DNA of 63,870 nucleotides, taken from assembly GCA_002189035.1 (NCBI GenBank), contig NEEC01000222.1, positions 1-63,870 on the forward strand. The letters are read 5' to 3'. Position 1 is the first letter of the stretch. Every line of letters begins with the position of its first letter. The translations under genes and the position numbers were made by a program. Below the pieces are notes generated by a model, which saw only the letters and a list, made by a program, of their open reading frames with translations, was not told the DNA's origin and ran no database searches. Positions 10,901 through 23,404 of the stretch are shown one piece after another. Source of the stretch: Utricularia gibba (Eukaryota > Plantae > Magnoliophyta).

Positions 10901-13900
10901 CTAGTCTCGCTGGGAACTGGTCCTTGACCCCGATTCTGTATGGCTCATGGGTCAACCGGATGCAAATCGAAGAAAAAAAATGATGCATTTGTTTAAATTA
11001 CGATATCACGTGCACCCTACATGATTTTTTCGACAACTTACTTTATACATGGGGAGGCGGTCTTGGGGGTACCTGGAACCGGAAAATGGTCAGCGTAGGC
11101 TTGGGCCGATAGTAAGTTGTAGCCCGACAAATAAAGTAATGTATTTATTATCGTTCGGTTTTCGGGCTGCCTAAATGCTTTTTGAAAGAACATCTTCTCG
11201 TTTTATGGCGGCCAGTCTCGCTGGGAACTTGGTCCTTGACCCTGGTTCTGTATGGCTCATGGGGTCAACCGGATGCAAATCGATGAAAAAAAATGATGCA
11301 TTTGTTTAAATTGCGATATCACGTGCACCCACATGATTTTTTCAACAACTTACTTTATACTTGAGGAGGCGATCTTAGGGTGCACCTCGAACAGGACAAA
11401 GGTAAGGTTTGGCTTGCGCCAAGAGTTAGTTGTAGCCCGACAAAAAGTGATGTATTTATTATCGTTCGGTTTTTGGGGTTGCCTACATGGTTTTTCAAGG
11501 AACATCTTCTCGTTTTGTGGCAGCCAGTCTCGCTGGGAGCTTTGTCCTGGACCCCGATTCTGTATGGCTCATGGGGTCAAAAGGATGCAAATCGATGAAT
11601 ACAATGATGCATTTGTTTCAATTACGATATCACGTGCACCCCACATGATTTTTTCGACAACTTACTTTATACATGGGGAGGCGGTCTTGGGGGGTACCTG
11701 GAACCGGAAAATGGTCAGCTTAGGCTTGGGCCGATAGTAAGTTGTAGCCCGGCAAAGAAAGTGATGTATTTATTATCGTTCGGTTTACGGGGGCTTCCTA
11801 CATGGTTTTTCAAGGAACATCTTCTCGTTTTGTGGCAGCCAGTCTCGCTGGGAGCTTTGTCCTGGACCCCGATTCTGTATGGCTCATGGGGTCAAAAGGA
11901 TGCAAATCGATGAATACAATGATGCATTTGTTTCAATTACGATATCACGTGCACCCCACATGATTTTTTCGACAACTTACTTTATACATGGGGAGGCGGT
12001 CTTGGGGGGTACTGGAACCGGAAAATGGTCAGCTTAGGCTTGGGCCGATAGTAAGTTGTAGCCCGGCAAAGAAAGTGATGTATTTATTATCGTTCGGTTT
12101 TCGGGGTTGCCTACATGGTTTTTCAAGGAACATCTTCTCGTTTTGTGGTGGCTAGTCTCGCTGGGAACTTTGTCCTGGACCGATTCTTTATGGCTTATGA
12201 GGTCAAAAGGATGCAAATCGATGAATAAATGATGCATTTGTTTCAATTACGATATCACGTGCACCCCACATGATTTTTTCGACAACTTACTTTATACATG
12301 GGGAGGCGGTCTTGGGGGGTACCTGGAACCGGAAAATGGTCAGCTTAGGCTTGGGCCGATAGTAAGTTGTAGCCCGGCAAAGAAAGTGATGTATTTATTA
12401 TCGTTCGGTTTTCGGGGTTGCCTACATGGTTTTTCAAGGAAAATCTTTTCGTTTTGTGGTGGCTAGTCTCGCTGGGAACTTTGTCCTGGACCCGATTCTT
12501 ATGGCTCATGAGGTCAACGGATGCAAATCGATGAAAAAAATGATGCATTTGTTTAAATTACGATATCACGTGCACCCTACATGATTTTTTCAACAACTTA
12601 CTTTATACTTGAGGAGGTGGTCTTGGGGGCAAGGGAACCAGACAACGGTCAATTAGGCTTGGGCCGAAAGTAAGTTGTAGCCCGGCAAAGAAAGTGATGT
12701 ATTTATTATCGTTCGGTTTTCGGGTTGCCTACATGGTTTTCCAAGGAAAAGCTTTCGTTTTGTGGCGGCCGCTCTCGCAGGGACTTGGTCCGGGCCCTGA
12801 TTCTTTATGGCTCATGGGACAAAGGATGCAAATCGATGAAAATAATGATGCATTTGTTTAAATTACGATATCACGTGCACCCAAATGATTTTTTTAACAA
12901 CTACTTTATACATGAGGAGGCGGTCTTGGGGGGCACTTGGAACCGGAAAAAGGTCAGCTTAGGCTTGGGCCGAAAGTAAGTTGTAGCCCGGCAAAGAAAG
13001 TGATGTATTTATTATCGTTCGGTTTTTGGGGTTGCCTACATGGTTTTTCAAGGAACATCTTCTCGTTTTGTGGTGGCTAGTCTCGCTGGGAACTTGGTCC
13101 TTGACCCGATTCTGTATGGCTCATGGGTCAACCGGATGCAAATCGAAGAAAAAAAATGATGCATTTGTTTAATTACGATATCGTGCACCCCATGATTTTT
13201 TCGACAACTTACTTTATACATGGGGAGGCGGTCTTGGGGGTACCTGGAACCGGAAAATGGTCAGCTAGGCTTGGGCCGATAGTAAGTTGTAGCCCGACAA
13301 AAAGTGATGTATTTATTATCGTTCGGTTTTCGGGCTGCCTACATGTTTTTTTCTTCTCGTTTTGTGGCGGCCAGTCTCGCTGGGAACTTGTCCTTGACCC
13401 TGATTCTGTATGGCTCATGGGGTCAACCGGATGCAAATCGATGAAAAAAATGATGCATTTGTTTAAATTACGATATCACGTGCACCCCACATGATTTTTT
13501 CAACAACTTACTTTATACTTGAGGAGGCGATCTTGGGTGCACCTGAACAGGAAAGGTAAGGTTTGGCTTGGCCAAGAGTAGTTGTAGCCCGACAAAGAAA
13601 GTGATGTATTTATTATCGTTCGTTTTTGGGGTTGCCTACATGGTTTTTCAAGGAACATCTTCTCGTTTTGTGGCAGCCAGTCTCGCTGGGAGCTTGTCCT
13701 GGACCCCGATTCTGTATGGCTCATGGGGTCAAAAGGATGCAAATCGATGAATACAATGATGCATTTGTTTCAATTACGATATCACGTGCACCCACATGAT
13801 TTTTTCGACAACTTACTTTATACATGGGGAGGCGGTCTTGGGGGGTACCTGGAACCGGAAAATGGTCAGCTTAGGCTTGGGCCGATAGTAAGTTGTAGCC

Positions 13901-16900
13901 CGGCAAAGAAAGTGATGTATTTATTATCGTTCGGTTTTCGGGCTTCCCTACATGGTTTTTCAAGGAACATCTTCTCGTTTTGTGGCAGCCAGTCTCGCTG
14001 GGAGCTTTGTCCTGGACCCCGATTCTGTATGGCTCATGGGGTCAAAAGGATGCAAATCGATGAAACAATGATGCATTTGTTTAATTACGATATCACGTGC
14101 ACCCACATGATTTTTTCGACAACTTACTTTATACATGGGGAGGCGGTCTTGGGGGTACCTGGAACCGGAAAATGGTCAGCTTAGGCTTGGGCCGATAGTA
14201 AGTTGTAGCCCGGCAAAGAAAGTGATGTATTTATTATCGTTCGGTTTTCGGGGTTGCCTACATGGTTTTTCAAGGAACATCTTCCGTTTTGTGGTGGCTA
14301 GTCTCGCTGGGAACTTTGTCCTGGACCCGATTCTTATGGCTCATGAGGTCAAAAGGATGCAAATCGATGAATACAATGATGCATTTGTTTAAATTACGAT
14401 ATCACGTGCACCCCACATGATTTTTTCGACAACTTACTTTATACATGGGGAGGCGGTCTTGGGGGTACCTGGAACCGGAAAATGGTCAGCTTAGGCTTGG
14501 GCCGATAGTAAGTTGTAGCCCGGCAAAGAAAGTGATGTATTTATTATCGTTCGGTTTTCGGGTTGCCTACATGGTTTTCCAAGGAACTTTTCGTTTTGTG
14601 GTGGCTAGTCTCGCTGGGAACTTTGTCCTGGACCCGATTCTTATGTCTTATGGGTCAACGGATGCAAATCGATGAAAAAAAATTGATGCATTTGTTTAAA
14701 TTACGATATCACGTGCACCCTACATGATTTTTTCAACATTACTTTATACTTGAGGAGGTGGTCTTGGGCAAGAGGAACCAGACAACGGTCATATTAGGCT
14801 TGGGCCGAAGTAAGTTTAGCCCGGCAAAGAAAGTGATGTATTTATTAACGTTCGGTTTTCAGGGTTGCCTACATGGTTTTCAAGGAAAAGCTTTTCGTTT
14901 TGTGGCGGCTCTCGCAGGGCACTTGGTCCGGGCCCCTGATTCTTTATGGCTCATGAGGACAAAAGGATGCAAATCGATGAAAATAATGATGCATTTGTTT
15001 AAATTACGATGTCGCGTGCACCCCAAATGATTTTTTTAACAACATACTTTATACATGAGGAGGCGGTCTTGGGGGCACTTGGAACCGGAAAAAGATCAGC
15101 TTAGGCTTGGGCCGAAAGTAAGTTGTAGCCCGGCAAAGAAAGTGATGTATTTATTATCGTTCGGTTTTGGGGTTGCCTACATGTTTTTCAAGGAACATCT
15201 TCTCGTTTTGTGGTGGCTAGTCTCGCTGGGAACTGGTCCTGACCCCGATTCTGTATGGCTCATGGGGTCAACCGGATGCAAATCGAAGAAAAAAAATGAT
15301 GCATTTGTTTAAATTACGATATCACGTGCACCCTACATGATTTTTTCGACAACTTACTTTATACATGGGGAGGCGGTCTTGGGGGTACCTGGAACCGGAA
15401 AATGGTCAGCGTAGGCTTGGGCCGATAGTAAGTTGTAGCCCGACAAAGAAAGTGATGTATTTATTATCGTTCGGTTTTCGGGTGCCTACATGCTTTTTCA
15501 AGAACATCTTCTCGTTTTGTGGCGGCCAGTCTCGCTGGGAACTTGGTCCTTGACCCTGTTCTGTATGGCTCATGGGGTCAACCGGATGCAAATCGATGAA
15601 AAAAATGATGCATTTGTTTAAATTACGATATCACGTGCACCCCACATGATTTTTTCAACAACTTACTTTATACTTGAGGAGGCGATCTTAGGGTGCACCT
15701 CGAACAGGACAAAGGTAAGGTTTGGCTTGCGCCAAGAGTTAGTTGTAGCCCGACAAAGAAAGTGATGTATTTATTATCGTTCGGTTTTTGGGGTTGCCTA
15801 CATGGTTTTTCAAGGAACATCTTCTCGTTTTGTGGCAGCCAGTCTCGCTGGGAGCTTTGTCCTGGACCCGATTCTGTATGGCTCATGGGGTCAAAAGGAT
15901 GCAAATCGATGAATACAATGATGCATTTGTTTCAATTACGATATCACGTGCACCCCATGATTTTTTCGACAACTTACTTTATACATGGGAGGCGGTCTTG
16001 GGGGGTACCTGGAACCGGAAAATGGTCAGCTTAGGCTTGGGCCGATAGTAAGTTGTAGCCGGCAAAGAAAGTGATGTATTTATTATCGTTCGGTTTACGG
16101 GGGCTTCCTACATGGTTTTTCAAGGAACATCTTCTCGTTTTGTGGCAGCCAGTCTCGCTGGGAGCTTTGTCCTGGACCCCGATTCTGTATGGCCCATGGG
16201 GTCAAAAGGATGCAAATCGATGAATACAATGATGCATTTGTTTCAATTACGATATCACGTGCACCCCATGATTTTTTCGACAACTTACTTTATACATGGG
16301 GAGGCGGTCTTGGGGGGTACCTGGAACCGGAAAATGGTCAGCTTAGGCTTGGGCCGATAGTAAGTTGTAGCCCGGCAAAGAAAGTGATGTATTTATTATC
16401 GTTCGGTTTTCGGGGTTGCCTACACATGGTTTTTCAAGGAACATCTTCCCGTTTTGTGGTGGCTAGTCTCGCTGGGAACTTTGTCCTGGACCGATTCTTT
16501 ATGTCTTATGAGGTCAAAAGGATGCAAATCGATGAATACAATGATGCATTTGTTTCAATTACGATATCACGTGCACCCCACATGATTTTTTCGACAACTT
16601 ACTTTATACATGGGGAGGCGGTCTTGGGGGGTACCTGGAACCGGAAAATGGTCAGCTTAGGCTTGGGCCGATAGTAAGTTGTAGCCCGGCAAAGAAAGTG
16701 ATGTATTTATTAACGTTCGGTTTTCGGGGTTGCCTACATGGTTTTTCAAGGAAAAGCTTTTCGTTTGTGGTGGCTAGTCTCGCTGGGAACTTTGTCCTGG
16801 ACCTCGATTCATTATGTCTTATGAGGTCAACCGGATGCAAATCGATGAAAAAAAATTGATGCATTTGTTTAAATTACGATATCACGTGCACCCTACATGA

Positions 16901-17520
16901 TTTTTTCAACAACTTACTTTATACTTGAGGAGGTGGTCTTGGGGGGCAAGAGGAACCAGACAACGGTCATATTAGGCTTGGGCCGAAAGTAAGGTTTAGC
17001 CCGGCAAAGAAAGTGATGTATTTATTAACGTTCGGTTTTCAGGGTTGCCTACATGGTTTTCCAAGGAAAAGCTTTTCGTTTTGTGGCGGCCGCTCTCGCA
17101 GGGCACTTGGTCCGGGCCCCTGATTCTTTATGGCTCATGAGGACAAAAGGATGCAAATCGATGAAAATAATGATGCATTTGTTTAAATTACGATGTCGCG
17201 TGCACCCAAATGATTTTTTTAACAACATACTTTATACATGAGGAGGCGGTCTTGGGGGCACTTGGAACCGGAAAAAGATCAGCTTAGGCTTGGGCCGAAA
17301 GTAAGTTGTAGCCCGGCAAAGAAAGTGATGTATTTATTATCGTTCGGTTTTTGGGGTTGCCTACATTGTTTTTCAAGGAACATCTCTCGTTTTGTGGTGG
17401 CTAGTCTCGCTGGGAACATGGTCCTTGACCCCGATTCTGTATGGCTCATGGGGTCAACCGGATGCAAATCGAAGAAAAAAATGATGCATTTGTTTAAATT
17501 ACGATATCACGTGCACCCTA

Positions 17521-17833
17521 CATGATTTTCGACAACTTACTTTATACATGGGGAGGCGGTCTTGGGGGTACCTGGAACCGGAAAATGGTCAGCGTAGGCT
17601 TGGGCCGATAGTAAGTTGTAGCCCGACAAATAAAGTAATGTATTTATTATCGTTCGGTTTTCGGAAGCTGCCTAAATGCTTTTTGAAAGAACATCTTCTC
17701 GTTTTATGGCGGCCAGTCTCGCTGGGAACTTGGTCCTTGACCCTGGTTCTGTATGCCTCATGGGGTCAACCGGATGCAAATCGATGAAAAAAAATGATGC
17801 ATTTGTTTAAATTGCGATATCACGTGCACCCCA
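17521..17833 (+). repeat. Example E-class monomer (about 13 copies in the window, some blurred)
   Basis: Private variants: CAGCGTAGG, CCCGACAAATAAAGTAATG and CTAAATGCTTTTTGAAAG. It always lies between B' and C. Confidence 0.8.
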
Positions 17834-20800
17834 CATGATTTTTTCAACAACTTACTTTATACTTGAGGAGGCGATCTTGGGTGCACCTCGAACAGGACAA
17901 AGGTAAGGTTTGGCTTGCGCCAAGAGTTAGTTGTAGCCCGACAAAGAAAGTGATGTATTTATTATCGTTCGGTTTTTGGGGTTGCCTACATGGTTTTTCA
18001 AGGAATCTTCTCGTTTTGTGGCAGCCAGTCTCGCTGGGAGCTTTGTCCTGGACCCGATTCTGTATGGCTCATGGGGTCAAAAGGATGCAAATCGATGAAT
18101 ACAATGATGCATTTGTTTCAATTACGATATCACGTGCACCCCATGATTTTTTCGACAACTTACTTTATACATGGGGAGGCGGTCTTGGGGGTACCTGGAA
18201 CCGGAAAATGGTCAGCTTAGGCTTGGGCCGATAGTAAGTTGTAGCCCGGCAAAGAAAGTGATGTATTTATTATCGTTCGGTTTACGGGGTTCCTACATGG
18301 TTTTTCAAGGAACATCTTCTCGTTTTGTGGCAGCCAGTCTCGCTGGGAGCTTTGTCCTGGACCCCGATTCTGTATGGCCATGGGGTCAAAAGGATGCAAA
18401 TCGATGAATACAATGATGCATTTGTTTCAATTACGATATCACGTGCACCCACATGATTTTTTTCGACAACTTACTTTATACATGGGGAGGCGGTCTTGGG
18501 GGGTACCTGGAACCGGAAAATGGTCAGCTTAGGCTTGGGCCGATAGTAAGTTGTAGCCCGGCAAAGAAAGTGATGTATTTATTATCGTTCGGTTTTCGGG
18601 GTTGCCTACATGGTTTTTCAAGGAACATCTTCTCGTTTTGTGGTGGCTAGTCTCGCTGGGAACTTGTCCTGGACCCCGATTCTTTATGTCTCATGGGTCA
18701 AAAGGATGCAAATCGATGAATACAATGATGCATTTGTTTCAAATTACGATATCACGTGCACCCCACATGATTTTTTCGACAACTTACTTTATACATGGGG
18801 AGGCGGTCTTGGGGGTACCTGGAACCGGAAAATGGTCAGCTTAGGCTTGGGCCGATAGTAAGTTGTAGCCCGGCAAAGAAAGTGATGTATTTATTAACGT
18901 TCGGTTTTCGGGGTTGCCTACATGGTTTTCCAAGGAAAAGCTTTTCTCGTTTGTGGTGGCTAGTCTCGCTGGGAACTTTGTCCTGGACCTCGATTCTTAT
19001 GGCTTATGAGGTCAACCGGATGCAAATCGATGAAAAAATGATGCATTTGTTTAAATTACGATATCACGTGCACCCTACATGATTTTTTCAACAACTTACT
19101 TTATACTTGAGGAGGTGGTCTTGGGGGGCAAGAGGAACCAGACAACGGTCATATTAGGCTTGGGCCGAAAGTAAGTTTAGCCCGGCAAAGAAAGTGATGT
19201 ATTTATTAACGTTCGGTTTTCAGGGTTGCCTACATGGTTTTCCAAGGAAAAGCTTTTCGTTTTGTGGCGGCCTCTCGCAGGACTTGGTCCGGGCCCCTGA
19301 TTCTTATGGCTCATGAGGACAAAAGGATGCAAATCGATGAAAATGATGCATTTGTTTAAATTACGATGTCGCGTGCACCCCAAATGATTTTTTTAACAAC
19401 ATACTTTATACATGAGGAGGCGGTCTTGGGGGCACTTGGAACCGGAAAAAGATCAGCTTAGGCTTGGGCCGAAAGTAAGTTGTAGCCCGGCAAAGAAAGT
19501 GATGTATTTATTATCGTTCGGTTTTTGGGGTTGCCTACATGTTTTTCAAGGAACATTCTTCGTTTTGTGGTGGCTAGTCTCGCTGGGAACTGGTCCTTGA
19601 CCCGATTCTGTATGGCTCATGGGGTCAACCGGATGCAAATCGATGAAAAAAAATGATGCATTTGTTTAAATTACGATATCACGTGCACCCTACATGATTT
19701 TTTCGACAACTTACTTTATACATGGGGAGGCGGTCTTGGGGGTACCTGGAACCGGAAAATGTCAGCTAGGCTTGGGCCGATAGTAAGTTGTAGCCCGGCA
19801 AAGAAAGTGATGTATTTATTATCGTTCGGTTTTCGGGCTGCCTACATGGTTTTTGAAAGAACATCTTCTCGTTTTGTGGCGGCCAGTCTCGCTGGGAACT
19901 TGGTCCTTGACCCTGGTTCTGTATGCCTCATGGGGTCAACCGGATGCAAATCGATGAAAAAAAATGATGCATTTGTTTAAATTACGATATCACGTGCACC
20001 CCACATGATTTTTTCAACAACTTACTTTATACTTGAGGAGGCGGTCTTGGGGCAGAACAGGACAAAGGTAAGGTTTGGCTTGAAGAAGTTGTTGTAGCCC
20101 GGCAAAGAAAGTGATGTATTTATTATCGTTCGGTTTTGGGGTTGCCTACATGGTTTTTCAAGGAAATCTTCTCGTTTTGTGGCGCCAGTCTCGCTGGGAG
20201 CTTTGTCCTGGACCCCGATTCTGTATGGCTCATGGGTCAAAAGGATGCAAATCGATGAAACAATGATGCATTTGTTTAAATTACGATATCACGTGCACCC
20301 CCATGATTTTTTCGAACAACTTACTTTATACATGAGGAGGCGGTCTTGGGGGTACTGGAACCGGAAAATGGTCAGCTTAGGCTTGGTAAGTTGTAGCCCG
20401 GCAAAGAAAGTGATGTATTTATTATCGTTCGGTTTACGGGGTTCCTACATGGTTTTTCAAGGAACATCTTCTCGTTTTGTGGCAGCCAGTCTCGCTGGGA
20501 GCTTTGTCCTGGACCCCGATTCTGTATGGCTCATGGGGTCAAAAGGATGCAAATCGATGAATACAATGATGCATTTGTTTCAATTACGATATCACGTGCA
20601 CCCCACATGATTTTTTCGACAACTTACTTTATACATGGGGAGGCGGTCTTGGGGGGTACCTGGAACCGGAAAAATGGTCAGCTTAGGCTTGGGCCGATAG
20701 TAAGTTGTAGCCCGGCAAAGAAAGTGATGTATTTATTATCGTTCGGTTTTCGGGGTTGCCTACATGGTTTTTCAAGGAACATCTTCTCGTTTTGTGGTGG

Positions 20801-23404
20801 CTAGTCTCGCTGGGAACTTTGTCCTGGACCGATTCTTATGTATGGGTCAAAGGATGCAAATCGATGAATACAATGATGCATTTGTTTCAATTACGATATC
20901 ACGTGCACCCCACATGATTTTTTCGACAACTTACTTTATACATGGGGAGGCGGTCTTGGGGGTACCTGGAACCGGAAAATGGTCAGCTTAGGCTTGGGCC
21001 GATAGTAAGTTGTAGCCCGGCAAAGAAAGTGATGTATTTATTAACGTTCGGTTTTCGGGGTTGCCTACATGGTTTTTCCAAGGAAAGCTTTTCGTTTTGT
21101 GGTGGCTAGTCTCGCTGGGATTTGTCCTGGACCCGATTCTTATGTCTTATGAGGTCAACCGGATGCAAATCGATGAAAAAATTGATGCATTTGTTTAAAT
21201 TACGATATCACGTGCACCCTACATGATTTTTTCAACAACTTACTTTATACTTGAGGAGGTGGTCTTGGGGGGCAAGAGGAACCAGACAACGGTCATATTA
21301 GGCTTGGGCCGAAAGTAAGTTTAGCCCGGCAAAGAAAGTGATGTATTTATTAACGTTCGGTTTTCAGGGTTGCCTACATGGTTTTCCAAGGAAAAGCTTT
21401 TCGTTTTGTGGCGGCCGCTCTCGCAGGGCACTTGGTCCGGGCCCCTGATTCTTTATGGCTCATGAGGACAAAAGGATGCAAATCGATGAAAATAATGATG
21501 CATTTGTTTAAATTACGATGTCGCGTGCACCCCAAATGATTTTTTTAACAACATACTTTATACATGAGGAGGCGGTCTTGGGGGCACTGGAACCGGAAAA
21601 AGATCAGCTTAGGCTTGGCCGAAAGTAAGTTGTAGCCCGGCAAAGAAAGTGATGTATTTATTATCGTTCGGTTTTTGGGGTTGCCTACATGTTTTTCAAG
21701 GAACATCTTCTCGTTTTGTGGTGGCTAGTCTCGCTGGGAACTGGTCCTTGACCCCGATTCTGTATGGCTCATGGGGTCAACCGGATGCAAATCGAAGAAA
21801 AAAAATGATGCATTTGTTTAAATTACGATATCACGTGCACCCTACATGATTTTTTCGACAACTTACTTTATACATGGGGAGGCGGTCTTGGGGGGTACCT
21901 GGAACCGGAAAATGGTCAGCTTAGGCTTGGGCCGATAGTAAGTTGTAGCCCGACAAAAAGTGATGTATTTATTATCGTTCGGTTTTCGGGGCTGCCTAAA
22001 TGCTTTTTGAAAGAACATCTTCTCGTTTTATGGCGGCCAGTCTCGCTGGGAACTTGGTCCTTGACCCTGGTTCTGTATGGCTCATGGGGTCAACCGGATG
22101 CAAATCGATGAAAAAAAATGATGCATTTGTTTAAATTGCGATATCACGTGCACCCCACATGATTTTTTCAACAACTTACTTTATACTTGAGGAGGCGATC
22201 TTAGGGTGCACCTCGAACAGGACAAGGTAAGGTTTGGCTTGCGCCAAGAGTTAGTTGTAGCCCGACAAAGAAAGTGATGTATTTATTATCGTTCGGTTTT
22301 TGGGGTTGCCTACATGGTTTTTCAAGGAACATCTTCTCGTTTTGTGGCAGCCAGTCTCGCTGGGAGCTTTGTCCTGGACCCCGATTCTGTATGGCTCATG
22401 GGGTCAAAAGGATGCAAATCGATGAATACAATGATGCATTTGTTTCAATTACGATATCACGTGCACCCCACATGATTTTTTCGACAACTTACTTTATACA
22501 TGGGGAGCGGTCTTGGGGGGTACCTGGAACCGGAAATGGTCAGCTTAGGCTTGGGCCGATAGTAAGTTGTAGCCCGGCAAAGAAAGTGATGTATTTATTA
22601 TCGTTCGGTTTACGGGGCTTCCTACATGGTTTTTCAAGGAACATCTTCTCGTTTTGTGGCAGCCAGTCTCGCTGGGAGCTTTGTCCTGGACCCCGATTCT
22701 GTATGGCTCATGGGGTCAAAAGGATGCAAATCGATGAAACAATGATGCATTTGTTTCAATTACGATATCACGTGCACCCCACATGATTTTTTCGACAACT
22801 TACTTTATACATGGGGAGGCGGTCTTGGGGGTACCTGGAACCGGAAAATGGTCAGCTTAGGCTTGGGCCGATAGTAAGTTGTAGCCCGGCAAAGAAAGTG
22901 ATGTATTTATTATCGTTCGGTTTTCGGGGTTGCCTACATGGTTTTTCAAGGAACATCTTCCGTTTTGTGGTGGCTAGTCTCGCTGGGAACTTTGTCCTGG
23001 ACCCGATTCTTATGTCTTATGGGTCAAAAGGATGCAAATCGATGAATACAATGATGCATTTGTTTCAATTACGATATCACGTGCACCCCACATGATTTTT
23101 TCGACAACTTACTTTATACATGGGGAGGCGGTCTTGGGGGGTACCTGGAACCGGAAAATGGTCAGCTTAGGCTTGGGCCGATAGTAAGTTGTAGCCCGGC
23201 AAAGAAAGTGATGTATTTATTAACGTTCGGTTTTCGGGTTGCCTACATGGTTTTCCAAGGAAATCTTTTCGTTTTGTGGTGGCTAGTCTCGCTGGGAACT
23301 TTGTCCTGGACCTCGATTCATTATGTCTTATGAGGTCAACCGGATGCAAATCGATGAAAAAAAATTGATGCATTTGTTTAAATTACGATATCACGTGCAC
23401 CCTA

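Larger units (their letters stand above)
6389..23404. repeat. 7-mer HOR domain (A-B'-E-C-D1-D2-D3, ~2.14-2.18 kb): seven 7-mers plus one 6-mer lacking E at 8556-10398
   Basis: A-type marker near 6445, 8610, 10451, 12630, 14772, 16950, 19133, 21277 and 23459. Cleanest unit is 16896-19077 (2182 bp). Confidence 0.85.
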
